From: a virus
IMG/VR virus record: IMGVR_UViG_3300008448_000009
Location: 32,001 to 96,000 of that record
Length of the DNA: 64,000 bases
Direction: 5' to 3' (one strand)
The notes beneath the pieces are model-generated. The model saw nothing but the letters and a program-made list of their open reading frames with translations. It did no database searches and was not told where the DNA came from. Made by a program: the position numbers and the translations under genes. This document shows positions 10,560 through 20,637 of this stretch, piece after piece. Every line of letters starts with the position of its first letter. The stretch's first letter is position 1.

Positions 10560-11288
10560 ATGAAAATAGATTACGCAATAATGGGGTCAAATATGAACCC
10601 AATGTATTTGGATTTCTGGCCAATTATTTCTAAGACTTGGAAAGAGGTTTTTAACATAACACCAGTATTAGGTTTGATATGTGATGAGGATTCCGATTTT
10701 ATTGAAGATGAATATGGATTGGTTAAAAAGTTTAAAGCAATCGAAGGTATCGACACAGGTCTTCAATCACAAATAATTAGATTGTATCTGGCTAAAGAAC
10801 TTAGTGGTAACATTGTGATTAGCGATATTGATATGGTGCCGCTATCAAAACAATACTTTATTGACCAAGTAGTTGGTTTTGATTCTTTAAAAATATATGT
10901 TATGAGTTCTGATAATGCGGAATGCAATAACAACAAGGAAATCCCGATGTGTTACAACATTTCAGATTCTCAGCTTTTCGCTAGAATGTTACAATTAGAC
11001 AACACTTGGGTAGATTTCGCCAATAGGTTAAACTCTATGGGTTTTGGTTGGACTACAGACCAAAACTATCTATGGCTTAAGATGCAACAATTCAAGGAGC
11101 AAAACCCAGATTCTGTTGTTTTATTGAGCCGAGGTTGGCCACGTGGGGCCGATAGACGAATAGACCGTTTATGGTGGTCATATGATGCTAATTTGGTTAA
11201 TTCTGGTTACTACATTGATTCACATTTATTAAGACCATATAAACAACATAAGTCACAAGTTGACACACTTATTAATTTGTTGTACTAA
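10560..11288 (+). CDS. putative GT-A glycosyltransferase
   Basis: SDIDM DxD motif, PMCY, W.TDQ. Confidence 0.6.
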   Translation: MKIDYAIMGSNMNPMYLDFWPIISKTWKEVFNITPVLGLICDEDSDFIEDEYGLVKKFKAIEGIDTGLQSQIIRLYLAKELSGNIVISDIDMVPLSKQYFIDQVVGFDSLKIYVMSSDNAECNNNKEIPMCYNISDSQLFARMLQLDNTWVDFANRLNSMGFGWTTDQNYLWLKMQQFKEQNPDSVVLLSRGWPRGADRRIDRLWWSYDANLVNSGYYIDSHLLRPYKQHKSQVDTLINLLY

Positions 11289-12043
11289 TGGAATTTATCA
11301 CTGGTAACAAGTTTAAACGAGCTTGTCACTATTCTCTAGATGAGAAAGGATTTGTAAAACACTCAGAACCAATAAACGGTGAAACGTTAAGAATATTTGT
11401 TAAGATTGATTATGTGTATTCGTTTTTTACTATAAATATTGAAACACCATATATTTTATTTACACACAATGGGGATTTACCAGTAGATGATAATTACTTG
11501 CGTTACATGGATAACCCTAACCTGTTAAAATGGTGTGGTCAAAATATTATGACGCAACACCCTAAGCTTTCATCAATACCAATCGGTTTAGGTAATGAAA
11601 TTTGGTCTCACGGTGACGAAAAAGTTTTTAGTGAAGTCATAGACCAGAACCTACCAAAAGAACGTCTTATATATGTTAATTTTGATGTTAACACCAATAG
11701 ACGTGAACGCAATTATTGTTTAAACGAATTAAACCAAAAAGGGTTTCAAATGGGTGATAAACTTCCTTTTAAAGAATATTTACAAGAAGTGGCTAAAAGT
11801 TATTTTGTCGTATCACCCAACGGTAACGGTGTTGATTGTCATAAAACTTGGGAAGCATTGTATTTGGGTACAATACCAATCGTGACAAAATCAATCAATA
11901 TTGGGTTTTACAATGATTACCCTATGGTAGTTATAGATTCGTGGTCAGATTTTGACCCATCATCGTTTTCAATAGAGCTTTACCAAAAATTATGGTCAGA
12001 TTTTGACCAAACAAAAATTGATGTTAATTATTTTATCAAATGA
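11288..12043 (+). CDS. exostosin (GT47)-like protein
   Basis: FVVSPNGNGVDCHKTWEALYLGTIPIV. Confidence 0.7.
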   Translation: MEFITGNKFKRACHYSLDEKGFVKHSEPINGETLRIFVKIDYVYSFFTINIETPYILFTHNGDLPVDDNYLRYMDNPNLLKWCGQNIMTQHPKLSSIPIGLGNEIWSHGDEKVFSEVIDQNLPKERLIYVNFDVNTNRRERNYCLNELNQKGFQMGDKLPFKEYLQEVAKSYFVVSPNGNGVDCHKTWEALYLGTIPIVTKSINIGFYNDYPMVVIDSWSDFDPSSFSIELYQKLWSDFDQTKIDVNYFIK

Positions 12044-12828
12044 AAAAAGTATTAGTGATTATTTCGGATGGAAATTATTTAGAGCATGCAAAATCATTGT
12101 TTTCAAATGTTAAAAATGAAGGCAAATGGGATGGGGACTTATGTCTTATTGCCAATAACTTGGATGGTCATGATTTGTCTGATTTTGAGAAATTCGGGGT
12201 TAAAATCTTACACAGAAATTGCGACAATAAATTCAGAATAAACCTACATGTTTTTGACATATATTTTAAACAATGGGATTATGTTATTTACATGGATTGT
12301 GATTTTATGGTATTTAAAGATTTGAATAAATTCTTAGACAAATACGATACTAATTTTATCGGGTTACTGGCAGATATTGAACCATTTAAAATAAAAGACT
12401 ACCTATGTCAAGGTTGGGATTTGGGTAACAAAAATTCTTCACTATCAAAACTAGAGGGGAAATATGATTTAAACAAAAACGGTTTTAACGCTGGTTTCTT
12501 CTCATTCAACACAAAAGTAATCAATAAAGATACGTTAAATGAGTTGTTTGGTTTAGAAAATGAAATTAAAGACGTAAACAATCATATCATACCAACTGGT
12601 AGTGACCAACCAATCTTTAATTTGTACTTTATTGATAAAGTTGAGTATATACAAAATAACGACATTTGTTATTGTGGTTTGATAAGCGAAGAAACAACTG
12701 CTGCTCATTTTTGTGGTGGTGATAGACCTTGGACCCGTAACGAATTTTCAAATTCGTTTAATATGACATTTAAAGAAAAATATGACGAAAATTTAAACAG
12801 GTTTTATGAGTGTATCAATAAATTATAG
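12040..12828 (+). CDS. GT8-like glycosyltransferase
   Basis: YMDCD, FNAG, DQPIFN and HF.G..RPW motifs. Confidence 0.78.
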   Translation: MKKVLVIISDGNYLEHAKSLFSNVKNEGKWDGDLCLIANNLDGHDLSDFEKFGVKILHRNCDNKFRINLHVFDIYFKQWDYVIYMDCDFMVFKDLNKFLDKYDTNFIGLLADIEPFKIKDYLCQGWDLGNKNSSLSKLEGKYDLNKNGFNAGFFSFNTKVINKDTLNELFGLENEIKDVNNHIIPTGSDQPIFNLYFIDKVEYIQNNDICYCGLISEETTAAHFCGGDRPWTRNEFSNSFNMTFKEKYDENLNRFYECINKL

Positions 12829-13567
12829 TGGTAGGTTAGGTAACAATTTGTTCCAATATGTCGCTGCGTATATCTTTGCTAAAAAATTTAATCTAAAAAT
12901 ATCGTCTGGTGTTGTGGAGAATAAATTTGATTTGCCTTTGTTGACTGGTGAAGAAACTGGTGGGCCAATCATCGATGTTGATGATTCTAATTTCATGAGG
13001 TTATTGGAATCGGAAAGTATCACACCAGCTCATTATCGTTTTGTTGGTTATTATCAAAATAGAGATTTTATCTTAAAAAATAGAGATGAAATAAAGTCGC
13101 TATTTAATTTAACCTTTACCGATACACCAAATGACCAAGTATTTGTCGCGTACAGAATTGGTGATATAAACGGTGAAAGACAAATGTTACCAATTGAATA
13201 CTACAGGGAAGCCTTACAAAACATTCGTTGTCACGATGGTTATATCACTTCAGACACACCAGACCACCCTAATGTTTTGCAATTAGCAAACGAATTTAAT
13301 TTAAAGATTTATAATGAATCACCTTTAGAAACTATTGATTTTGCCAAAAATTTTAATAACTTGGTGTTGAGTGAAGGAAGTTTTAGTTGGTGGATTGGTT
13401 TTCTTAGTAATGCTGAAAACATTTATTACAACGAAAGACCTAGATTCTGGCATGGAGATATATTTGTTCTACCAGAATGGAAGGGGTTAAAATATGACTG
13501 GTGTCCAACATGTGTCGGACATAATAATATGTTAAAATGTAACAAAATAATAAATAATAATATATGA
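12806..13567 (+). CDS. GT11-like alpha-1,2-fucosyltransferase
   Basis: GRLGNNLFQY, GYYQ, YRIGD and SFSWW motifs. Confidence 0.8.
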   Translation: MSVSINYSGRLGNNLFQYVAAYIFAKKFNLKISSGVVENKFDLPLLTGEETGGPIIDVDDSNFMRLLESESITPAHYRFVGYYQNRDFILKNRDEIKSLFNLTFTDTPNDQVFVAYRIGDINGERQMLPIEYYREALQNIRCHDGYITSDTPDHPNVLQLANEFNLKIYNESPLETIDFAKNFNNLVLSEGSFSWWIGFLSNAENIYYNERPRFWHGDIFVLPEWKGLKYDWCPTCVGHNNMLKCNKIINNNI

Positions 13568-14193
13568 AAATAGCTTTTGATATTGGTGCAAATATAGGTC
13601 AAACTGTTGACGAACTATTACCTAATTATGATAAAATAATTTGTTTTGAACCAAACCCAAGTCTTGTAACCGTTATTAAAAATAAATTTTTTAATAATGA
13701 TAAAGTTACTATTGAAGAATTAGGATTATCGGATAAAACAGAAACTAAAAAATTTAATATTTCAAACTCACATGTTGTGTCAACATTTTCTGAGGATTGG
13801 ATAAATAACTCCAGATTCACCAATGTTTATAATTGGGATACATCAATAGATGTTAAAACAACAACATTAGATGAAGTTATCGATAAATACGGTATCCCAT
13901 ATTTTATAAAAATAGATGTTGAAGGTTATGAATATGAAGTATTAAAAGGGTTGACAAAACTATTAGACAACACTTATTTTGCTTTTGAATGGGCTGAAGA
14001 ACAATATGAAATAGTGAATAAAACTGTTAAATATTTAAAAGAGTTAGGTTACAACAATTTCTCATACACATATCAAGATAGTCTATTAAATTTAGAAAAT
14101 ATTAATTGGTGTAATTGGGAAGATTTAACCATACATAATGACATAAACAAAGACCGAAAAGAAAAGTGGGGTATGATTTACTTTAAAAAATAA
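13564..14193 (+). CDS. FkbM-family methyltransferase
   Basis: DIGANIG, FEPN and KIDVEGYE motifs. Confidence 0.9.
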   Translation: MKIAFDIGANIGQTVDELLPNYDKIICFEPNPSLVTVIKNKFFNNDKVTIEELGLSDKTETKKFNISNSHVVSTFSEDWINNSRFTNVYNWDTSIDVKTTTLDEVIDKYGIPYFIKIDVEGYEYEVLKGLTKLLDNTYFAFEWAEEQYEIVNKTVKYLKELGYNNFSYTYQDSLLNLENINWCNWEDLTIHNDINKDRKEKWGMIYFKK

Positions 14194-14196
14194 AAT

Positions 14197-14832
14197 ATGT
14201 TTAATAATTTTAATATAGAAACAAATGGCGAAATATTTTTCGTAAACAAAATCAAAGATGAAATTGATATTATTTTTGATATAGGTAGTAGAGATGATAG
14301 TTTATTTTTAAGTTTTGAAAAGGAAGTTCATTATTTTGAACCAGTACCAAATTTTTTAGAAGAATTAAAACAAAAAAATAACAAAAATAAAAAATCTTTT
14401 TTTAATGCTTTTGGGTTATCTGACACCGATACGGTATTACCATATTACGTAAATTTTCAATCTTTCGTAGATAGGTCTAACTCACAAGGTAGTTCGTCAA
14501 AAATAGAATTAATAGTTAAAAAAGCTATAGATTATATAAACGATAACGGAATAAATAATATAGGTTTAATTAAAATAGACACTGAAGGTTTCGAATTAAA
14601 TGTTATGAAAGGGTTTGGTGAAAAGCTAAATATTGTTAAATACATTCAGTTTGAATACGGTGGAACATATTTAGACAAAGGGTTAAAATTAATAGACGTT
14701 GTTAACTATTTGAAAAATCATGGTTTTGATGATTTTTCATATTTAGGTGGTGAAGTTTTAACACCTATAACTGATTTTACCGACCATTACAATTACTCAA
14801 ACATAGTTTGTAAAAATAAAAAATATGAATAA
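14197..14832 (+). CDS. FkbM-family methyltransferase
   Basis: FDIGS, FEP, KIDTEGFE and IQFEYG motifs. Confidence 0.85.
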   Translation: MFNNFNIETNGEIFFVNKIKDEIDIIFDIGSRDDSLFLSFEKEVHYFEPVPNFLEELKQKNNKNKKSFFNAFGLSDTDTVLPYYVNFQSFVDRSNSQGSSSKIELIVKKAIDYINDNGINNIGLIKIDTEGFELNVMKGFGEKLNIVKYIQFEYGGTYLDKGLKLIDVVNYLKNHGFDDFSYLGGEVLTPITDFTDHYNYSNIVCKNKKYE

Positions 14833-15802
14833 AACAGCTTTAATCATTGGCGCCAACGGTCAAGATGCGTCATACATGGCAGAATTCCTTATAGAAAAAG
14901 GATACGTTGTACATGGGACTATTAGAAGAAATTCTGTTCCAGAATCACAAACAACTAGAATCGAGCATTTACGTTCACAAGATTTAATAACACTTCATTA
15001 TATGGACCTTACAGACCCTATTAGTGTTGAGTCAATCATCAATGAATTGAAACCAGATGAGATTTATCATTTAGCAGCTCAATCACATGTTCAAATTAGT
15101 TTTGAATTACCTAAATATACTTTGGATGTTAACGCTGGTGGTACACTAGCTGTATTAGAAGCGGTTAGAAAATTCTCACCTAAATCAAAAATTTATCACG
15201 CAGCGACTTCAGAAATGTTTGGGAACCAATCTGACCAAGATTATTTTCAAAGAGAAACTACTAAAATGATTCCAGTATCACCATATGGTTGTAGCAAGTT
15301 GTATGCACATAGTCTTTGCCATAACTACAGAAATTCATATAATATGTTTATTAGTTCTGGTATATTATTCAACCACGAGAGCCCTAGAAGAGGGATAAAT
15401 TTTGTTACTAACAAAGTAGTGCTTGAAGCTGTAAAGATTAAACTAGGGCTCTCTAATGAGCTTGTATTGGGTAATCTAGACGCTATGAGAGATTGGGGTC
15501 ACGCAAAAGACTATGTTGAAGGTATGTGGTTGATGCTACAACAAGAAAAACCAAATGACTATGTGTTAGCCACTGGGATTTCAAATAAAGTTAGTGATTT
15601 GGTTGATTATGTTTTTGGTAAATTAGAGTTAGGCCAAGAAAAATATGTTAAATTAGATAAAAAATTTGAACGAGCAGAAGAATTACACTATCTAAGAGGT
15701 GACGCCACTAAAGCTAAAACAGAATTGGGTTGGCAACCTAAATATACTTTCGAAAGTATGTTAGACGAAATGATAGAATATTGGTTAAATAAATTAAGTT
15801 AA
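14825..15802 (+). CDS. gmd: GDP-mannose 4,6-dehydratase
   Basis: GANGQDASY, LAAQSHV, SPYGCSK, LFNHESPRRG, RDWGHAKDYV. Confidence 0.95.
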   Translation: MNKTALIIGANGQDASYMAEFLIEKGYVVHGTIRRNSVPESQTTRIEHLRSQDLITLHYMDLTDPISVESIINELKPDEIYHLAAQSHVQISFELPKYTLDVNAGGTLAVLEAVRKFSPKSKIYHAATSEMFGNQSDQDYFQRETTKMIPVSPYGCSKLYAHSLCHNYRNSYNMFISSGILFNHESPRRGINFVTNKVVLEAVKIKLGLSNELVLGNLDAMRDWGHAKDYVEGMWLMLQQEKPNDYVLATGISNKVSDLVDYVFGKLELGQEKYVKLDKKFERAEELHYLRGDATKAKTELGWQPKYTFESMLDEMIEYWLNKLS

Positions 15803-15804
15803 TT

Positions 15805-16740
15805 ATGGGAAATTTATTAGTTACAGGTGCCAACGGTTTAGTTGGTTCACAATTTAAAGGTGATTTAATTCAAATCACTTCAAAACATGGTGATTTAAAA
15901 AACCCTAAGACTATTGATAGTCTTTTACATTTTTATGCTGATAAAGAACTTAGAAAAGAACACGCTGTGGATAGAATCATACACTGTGCTGCCAAAGTTG
16001 GTGGAGTTGGTGGAAACATGAAATATAAAGGTGAATTTTTTTACGATAACATTATGATTAACACCAACGTAATTGAATCAGCAAGACAACACGGTGTTAA
16101 AAAATTAGTAGCGTTCCTATCTACATGTGTTTTTCCAGACAACGTAGAATACCCTTTAACTGAATCTAAAATACACTTAGGGCCACCACATTTTTCAAAT
16201 GATGCATATGCCTACGCAAAACGTATGGCAGAAGTTCAAATAAGAGCTTATAGAGAACAATATGGGTTAAACTATACGTCAGTAATACCTACAAACATTT
16301 ATGGTCCTAACGACAACTTTAACATAGAAAACGGACATGTTATTCCATCATTAATACACAAATGTTATTTAGCAAGAGAAAACAACACAGATTTAACTAT
16401 TTGGGGTTCTGGAAAACCACTTAGAGAATTCATATACTCTAAAGATGTTGCCGAACTAGCGTTGTGGGTTTTAGAAAACTATGATGAACCAGAACCAATT
16501 ATTTTATCGACATCACAAGAGATATCAATTAAAGATGTTGTTGGTGTTATTGTTGATGCTATGAATTTTAAAGGTAATGTTATTTTTGATAAAACAAAAC
16601 CAGACGGACAATTTAGAAAACCTAGTGATAACTCAAAGTTAATGAGTTATTTACCAGATTTTAAGTTTACACCTTTTGATGTTGGTATAAAAGAAACGGT
16701 AGAATGGTTTGAGAAAAACTATCCTAACATAAAACAATAA
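15805..16740 (+). CDS. fcl: GDP-L-fucose synthase
   Basis: AAKVGG, LSTCVFP, YAYAKR, PTNIYGP.DNF, HVIP, WGSGKPLREF, KPDGQ. Confidence 0.93.
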   Translation: MGNLLVTGANGLVGSQFKGDLIQITSKHGDLKNPKTIDSLLHFYADKELRKEHAVDRIIHCAAKVGGVGGNMKYKGEFFYDNIMINTNVIESARQHGVKKLVAFLSTCVFPDNVEYPLTESKIHLGPPHFSNDAYAYAKRMAEVQIRAYREQYGLNYTSVIPTNIYGPNDNFNIENGHVIPSLIHKCYLARENNTDLTIWGSGKPLREFIYSKDVAELALWVLENYDEPEPIILSTSQEISIKDVVGVIVDAMNFKGNVIFDKTKPDGQFRKPSDNSKLMSYLPDFKFTPFDVGIKETVEWFEKNYPNIKQ

Positions 16741-16761
16741 TATATTTATTAATAAAAATTT

Positions 16762-17622
16762 ATGACTAGAAAAGTTACACCAGCTCCAAAAAGTGGTACC
16801 ACAAAAACTACTAGAGCTAAAAAAGCTGTTTTACCAAAAGAATCAACGATTAACCTTAAACAAGATTTATTGTCTCAAATTAAAATAGATTTGAAACATA
16901 AAAACGAAACTCAAAAAAAGCTAACTAATTCTATTAAAAATGGCGACGTAACCGTATGTATCGGCCCAGCTGGTACTGGTAAAACTCTTCTTAGTGTCGC
17001 TGAAGCTTTATTGTTGTTAAAAACACATCCAGACAAATATCATGACATAAAATTGGTTAAGTCTATAGTCCAACTTAAAGATGAAGACCTAGGTACTTTG
17101 CCAGGTGACGAAAAAGATAAACTTAAATTCATCATGATGTCTTTCCTTGACGCTTTCTACCAATTAATCGGTGAAGAACTTACTGATAAACTTATAGAGG
17201 TTGGGTATATCAAAATGGAAGTTTTTGGTTCTGTTAGAGGTAGGTCAATCCCAAATTGTATCCTATTGTTTGATGAATTTCAAAATGTTAACGATGGAAA
17301 CGCAAAAACACTTCTTACAAGGTTTTCTGAAAACACAAAAGTTGTAATATTAGGTGACACAAACCAAGTAGACCTTAAAAAGAAAGAAGACAGCTCCTTG
17401 GGTGAATTGGTAAGAATGGTTAAATTGTTGCCAGAAGAACAAGGTGTTTCTGTGATTGAATTTAGTGAAGAAGAAATTGTTAGACATAGACTTACAAAAT
17501 TCTTTGTTAAACTTTTTGAACACCCAGAGTATAAAAAACAAAACAAACCAACTAGGGTAAATATTCCAGTTGTTTTAAAAAAGAAAACTTTTTTAGAAAA
17601 ATTTTTAGATTTATTTAGATAA
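16762..17622 (+). CDS. phoH: PhoH-family ATPase
   Basis: GPAGTGKT, LGTLPG, RGRS, DEFQN, LLTR and GDTNQVD motifs. Confidence 0.9.
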   Translation: MTRKVTPAPKSGTTKTTRAKKAVLPKESTINLKQDLLSQIKIDLKHKNETQKKLTNSIKNGDVTVCIGPAGTGKTLLSVAEALLLLKTHPDKYHDIKLVKSIVQLKDEDLGTLPGDEKDKLKFIMMSFLDAFYQLIGEELTDKLIEVGYIKMEVFGSVRGRSIPNCILLFDEFQNVNDGNAKTLLTRFSENTKVVILGDTNQVDLKKKEDSSLGELVRMVKLLPEEQGVSVIEFSEEEIVRHRLTKFFVKLFEHPEYKKQNKPTRVNIPVVLKKKTFLEKFLDLFR

Positions 17623-17671
17623 ATTATATTTTTTGCTTTACTTATCGATTTTTAATCAGTAAATTGGTTAT

Positions 17672-18301
17672 ATGAAAATAGGAATAAGCATAAATGAGGT
17701 TTTAAGGGATTTTATTGGACAGTTCATCTACACCTATGACAAGTATATTGTTCCAGAGCTAGAAGCTGATGGGATAACAGTACCAGACTTAGAGATAGAA
17801 GATGTAACCAGTTTCAATTTAATGGACCATTTTGAATTTAAAGACATCAACAGATTCAATACGTTTCTATATTTAGAAGCACCTCTAGAAATTTTTGGTC
17901 ATGCTGACCTGATGTCAGATGGTTTAATGAACCATTTCAATAACTTTTTAATGGATATTAAAGACGACGAAGAGCACGAAGTATATTTGGTTAGTCGTGA
18001 AGTTGATAAAAGTATCCCATCTACTTATTTTTTCCTTTCTAAAACTGGCTGTAAAGCCGATAAAATACAGTTCTGTTCTAATAATGAAAATGAATGGGAT
18101 GGAATTGACGTTTTGGTAACTGCTAACGTAATAGCTTTGGAAAACAAACCACAAGGTAAAATCAGCATTAAAGTTAAATCACCTTACAATAAAGATGTGA
18201 AAGCTGATTACGAAATCGACACTCTTTTAGATTTCATAAATAATGAAGAATTCAGAAATAGAATTTTAAATACAATAATAACAACTTACGAAGAAATTTA
18301 A
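17672..18301 (+). CDS. HAD/5'(3')-deoxyribonucleotidase-like protein, catalytic Asp apparently lost
   Basis: MKIGISINEVLRD aligns to IGIDxDxVL; C-terminal PYN motif. Confidence 0.5.
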   Translation: MKIGISINEVLRDFIGQFIYTYDKYIVPELEADGITVPDLEIEDVTSFNLMDHFEFKDINRFNTFLYLEAPLEIFGHADLMSDGLMNHFNNFLMDIKDDEEHEVYLVSREVDKSIPSTYFFLSKTGCKADKIQFCSNNENEWDGIDVLVTANVIALENKPQGKISIKVKSPYNKDVKADYEIDTLLDFINNEEFRNRILNTIITTYEEI

Positions 18302-18306
18302 AAATT

Positions 18307-18660
18307 ATGATTGATTTTGGCGGGGCAATTTATTATCTAGATATTGATAGATTTACAGAACTTATCAAAATGGATGACAAACAAGATGACAAAGTTTATG
18401 AAACTGTTATCAAAAATTTTAAAGATGAAAAAGGAAAACTTCTTACTACTGAAGAATTAACAACATGTAGAGAAAGAGACGTTTTCATCAACACTAACAA
18501 ACATGAAATGTTCAGACTAATGATAGAAATTATCTTAGATGACATTGAAGAAGCTGACGATTCGTTAGGTTCAGAAAGAGCTTTATCAAAAGCTTTATTC
18601 TCTTACAAATTAGCATTTAATACTCTACTACATTACGGAATATTAGTAGAAGTTGAATAA
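18307..18660 (+). CDS. hypothetical protein
   Basis: 117 aa ORF in operon. Confidence 0.6.
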   Translation: MIDFGGAIYYLDIDRFTELIKMDDKQDDKVYETVIKNFKDEKGKLLTTEELTTCRERDVFINTNKHEMFRLMIEIILDDIEEADDSLGSERALSKALFSYKLAFNTLLHYGILVEVE

Positions 18661-18682
18661 TAAAATTAAAATAAAAAAACAA

Positions 18683-19831
18683 ATGGAAGAACAAAAAAAA
18701 CAAATGGATGAACAAATCAATCAATTAAAATCTGTGATTGATAAATTAGAAACAAAAGATTTTAGTTTGTATTTTTTCACATTGGATACAAAAGGTAACC
18801 CTACTGCTGGAATAGCCAACATCTACGAACACGTTAAAGTGTTAAACGAATTAGGTTATAAAGCTGCTATCCTTCATGAAAAAAACGATTATAAACTTAG
18901 AGGTGATGAAAACGGTAACGGAGTTGCTGATTGGTTAGGTGAAGAATACGCACAATTACCACACGTTTCTATTGAAGGACAAGAATTACAAATTAGCCCA
19001 GCTGATTTTATTATCATCCCTGAGATTTTCTCAAACATCATGGACCAAGTTAAAGGTTTTCCATGTAAAAAAATCGTATTGTCACAAAGTTACGATTACT
19101 TATTAGAATTACTACCTGTTGGTAAAAGATGGGATATGGATTATGGTTTTATTGATGTGATAACAACTTCTGAAAAACAATCACAATACGTTAAATCATT
19201 ATTTCCATCTATTAGAACACACGTTGTCCCAGTATCTATCCCAACATACTTCAAAGATAGTGATAAACCTAAAAAACCTATCGTTGCTGTTCACACTAGA
19301 AATCAAGGTGATGCGGCTAAATTAGCAAAATCATTCTACCTTCAATTCCCAATTTACAAATGGGTTACATTTAAAGAATTAAGAGGATTGAGTAGAGAAA
19401 AATTTGCTGCTCAATTAAGTGAATCGTGTGTAGCTGTTTGGATTGATGACGTGTCTGGTTTTGGTACTTTCCCTTTGGAAGCAATTGAATGTAACACTCC
19501 AGTTATTGGTAAAATGCCAAATATGATTCCAGAATGGATGGAAGCTACTGATGCTGAAGGAAACCCTTACATTAACAACAACGGTGTTTGGACAAACACT
19601 ACACTTAACATTCCAGAGTTAATCGCAACTTATATGAAAGTTTGGTTAGAAGATGCTGTACCACAAGATTTATTAGACGGTATCAAAGGTACTCAAGGTA
19701 AATACACACCTGAAAAACAAAAAACAACTATGGAAAGTGTTTACGAAAATTTAGTTTATACAAGAACTAACGAACTTAAAATAACTTTAGAGAAATTAGA
19801 AGAATCTCTAGAAGAAACAACTAACGCATAA
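18683..19831 (+). CDS. GT-B (GT4-like) glycosyltransferase
   Basis: GIANIYEHV..LNELG, IIIPE, SGFGTFPLEAIECNTPVIG; ATG 18683 preferred to TTG 18653. Confidence 0.7.
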   Translation: MEEQKKQMDEQINQLKSVIDKLETKDFSLYFFTLDTKGNPTAGIANIYEHVKVLNELGYKAAILHEKNDYKLRGDENGNGVADWLGEEYAQLPHVSIEGQELQISPADFIIIPEIFSNIMDQVKGFPCKKIVLSQSYDYLLELLPVGKRWDMDYGFIDVITTSEKQSQYVKSLFPSIRTHVVPVSIPTYFKDSDKPKKPIVAVHTRNQGDAAKLAKSFYLQFPIYKWVTFKELRGLSREKFAAQLSESCVAVWIDDVSGFGTFPLEAIECNTPVIGKMPNMIPEWMEATDAEGNPYINNNGVWTNTTLNIPELIATYMKVWLEDAVPQDLLDGIKGTQGKYTPEKQKTTMESVYENLVYTRTNELKITLEKLEESLEETTNA

Positions 19832-19836
19832 TACAA

Positions 19837-20637
19837 ATGAAAGAAAAAAATAATATCTCTGTCATTCTTCCTGTTCATGAATTGGACGACACAACAAAAC
19901 AATTATTTGCAAACGCAGTTAAAAGTGTTACAGACCAAACGGTTAGACCTGACACATTAATTGTTGTAACACCTAAAGGTAGTGATGTTACTAAATATGC
20001 TAAAGATTTTGACTATGGTGATTACAAAAGCTCAGTAACCATTGTTGAAAACGATGGTGAAACAGATTTTTGTTCACAAGTTAATTACGGTGTATCTCAA
20101 TGTAAAACTGAATGGTTTAGTATTTTAGAATACGATGATGAATACGCTAAGATTTGGTTTAAAAACGTTGTAGAATATAAAAACGCTCATACAAACGTTG
20201 ACTTATTCTTACCAATCATCGTGGACGTTGACGCTAAAGGTTCTTTTGCTGGTTTAACAAACGAAGCAGTTTGGGCCAACAGTTTTTCAGATGAATTAGG
20301 TATTTTAGATAACAACGCGTTGTTAACGTATCAAAATTTCAATACTGATGGAATGGTAATTAGAAAATCGACCTATGAAGATTTAGGTGGGTTTAAAAGT
20401 AATATAAAATTAACATTCGTTTATGAATTTTTATTACGTATGACATTTAAAGATGTTAGAGTTATGGTTGTACCTAAATTTGGTTACAAACACGTAAACC
20501 AAAGAGAAGGTTCTCTATTCTCTTCATACAAACAAACTATCGACCCAGTTGAAGCTAGATATTGGTTATCAGCAGCTAAAAAGGAATACTATTTTGCAAA
20601 TGATAGAAAAATAACATACGAAGTTCAAAATGGATAA
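19837..20637 (+). CDS. GT2 glycosyltransferase
   Basis: ISVILPV, SVTDQT, VN.G, LEYDD and LGGF motifs. Confidence 0.8.
   Translation: MKEKNNISVILPVHELDDTTKQLFANAVKSVTDQTVRPDTLIVVTPKGSDVTKYAKDFDYGDYKSSVTIVENDGETDFCSQVNYGVSQCKTEWFSILEYDDEYAKIWFKNVVEYKNAHTNVDLFLPIIVDVDAKGSFAGLTNEAVWANSFSDELGILDNNALLTYQNFNTDGMVIRKSTYEDLGGFKSNIKLTFVYEFLLRMTFKDVRVMVVPKFGYKHVNQREGSLFSSYKQTIDPVEARYWLSAAKKEYYFANDRKITYEVQNG

Noticed and set aside
7032-16740. Host LPS/capsule locus or chimeric assembly
   Set aside because: No wzx/wzy/export genes; translationally coupled with phage-type genes in the same AT-rich style
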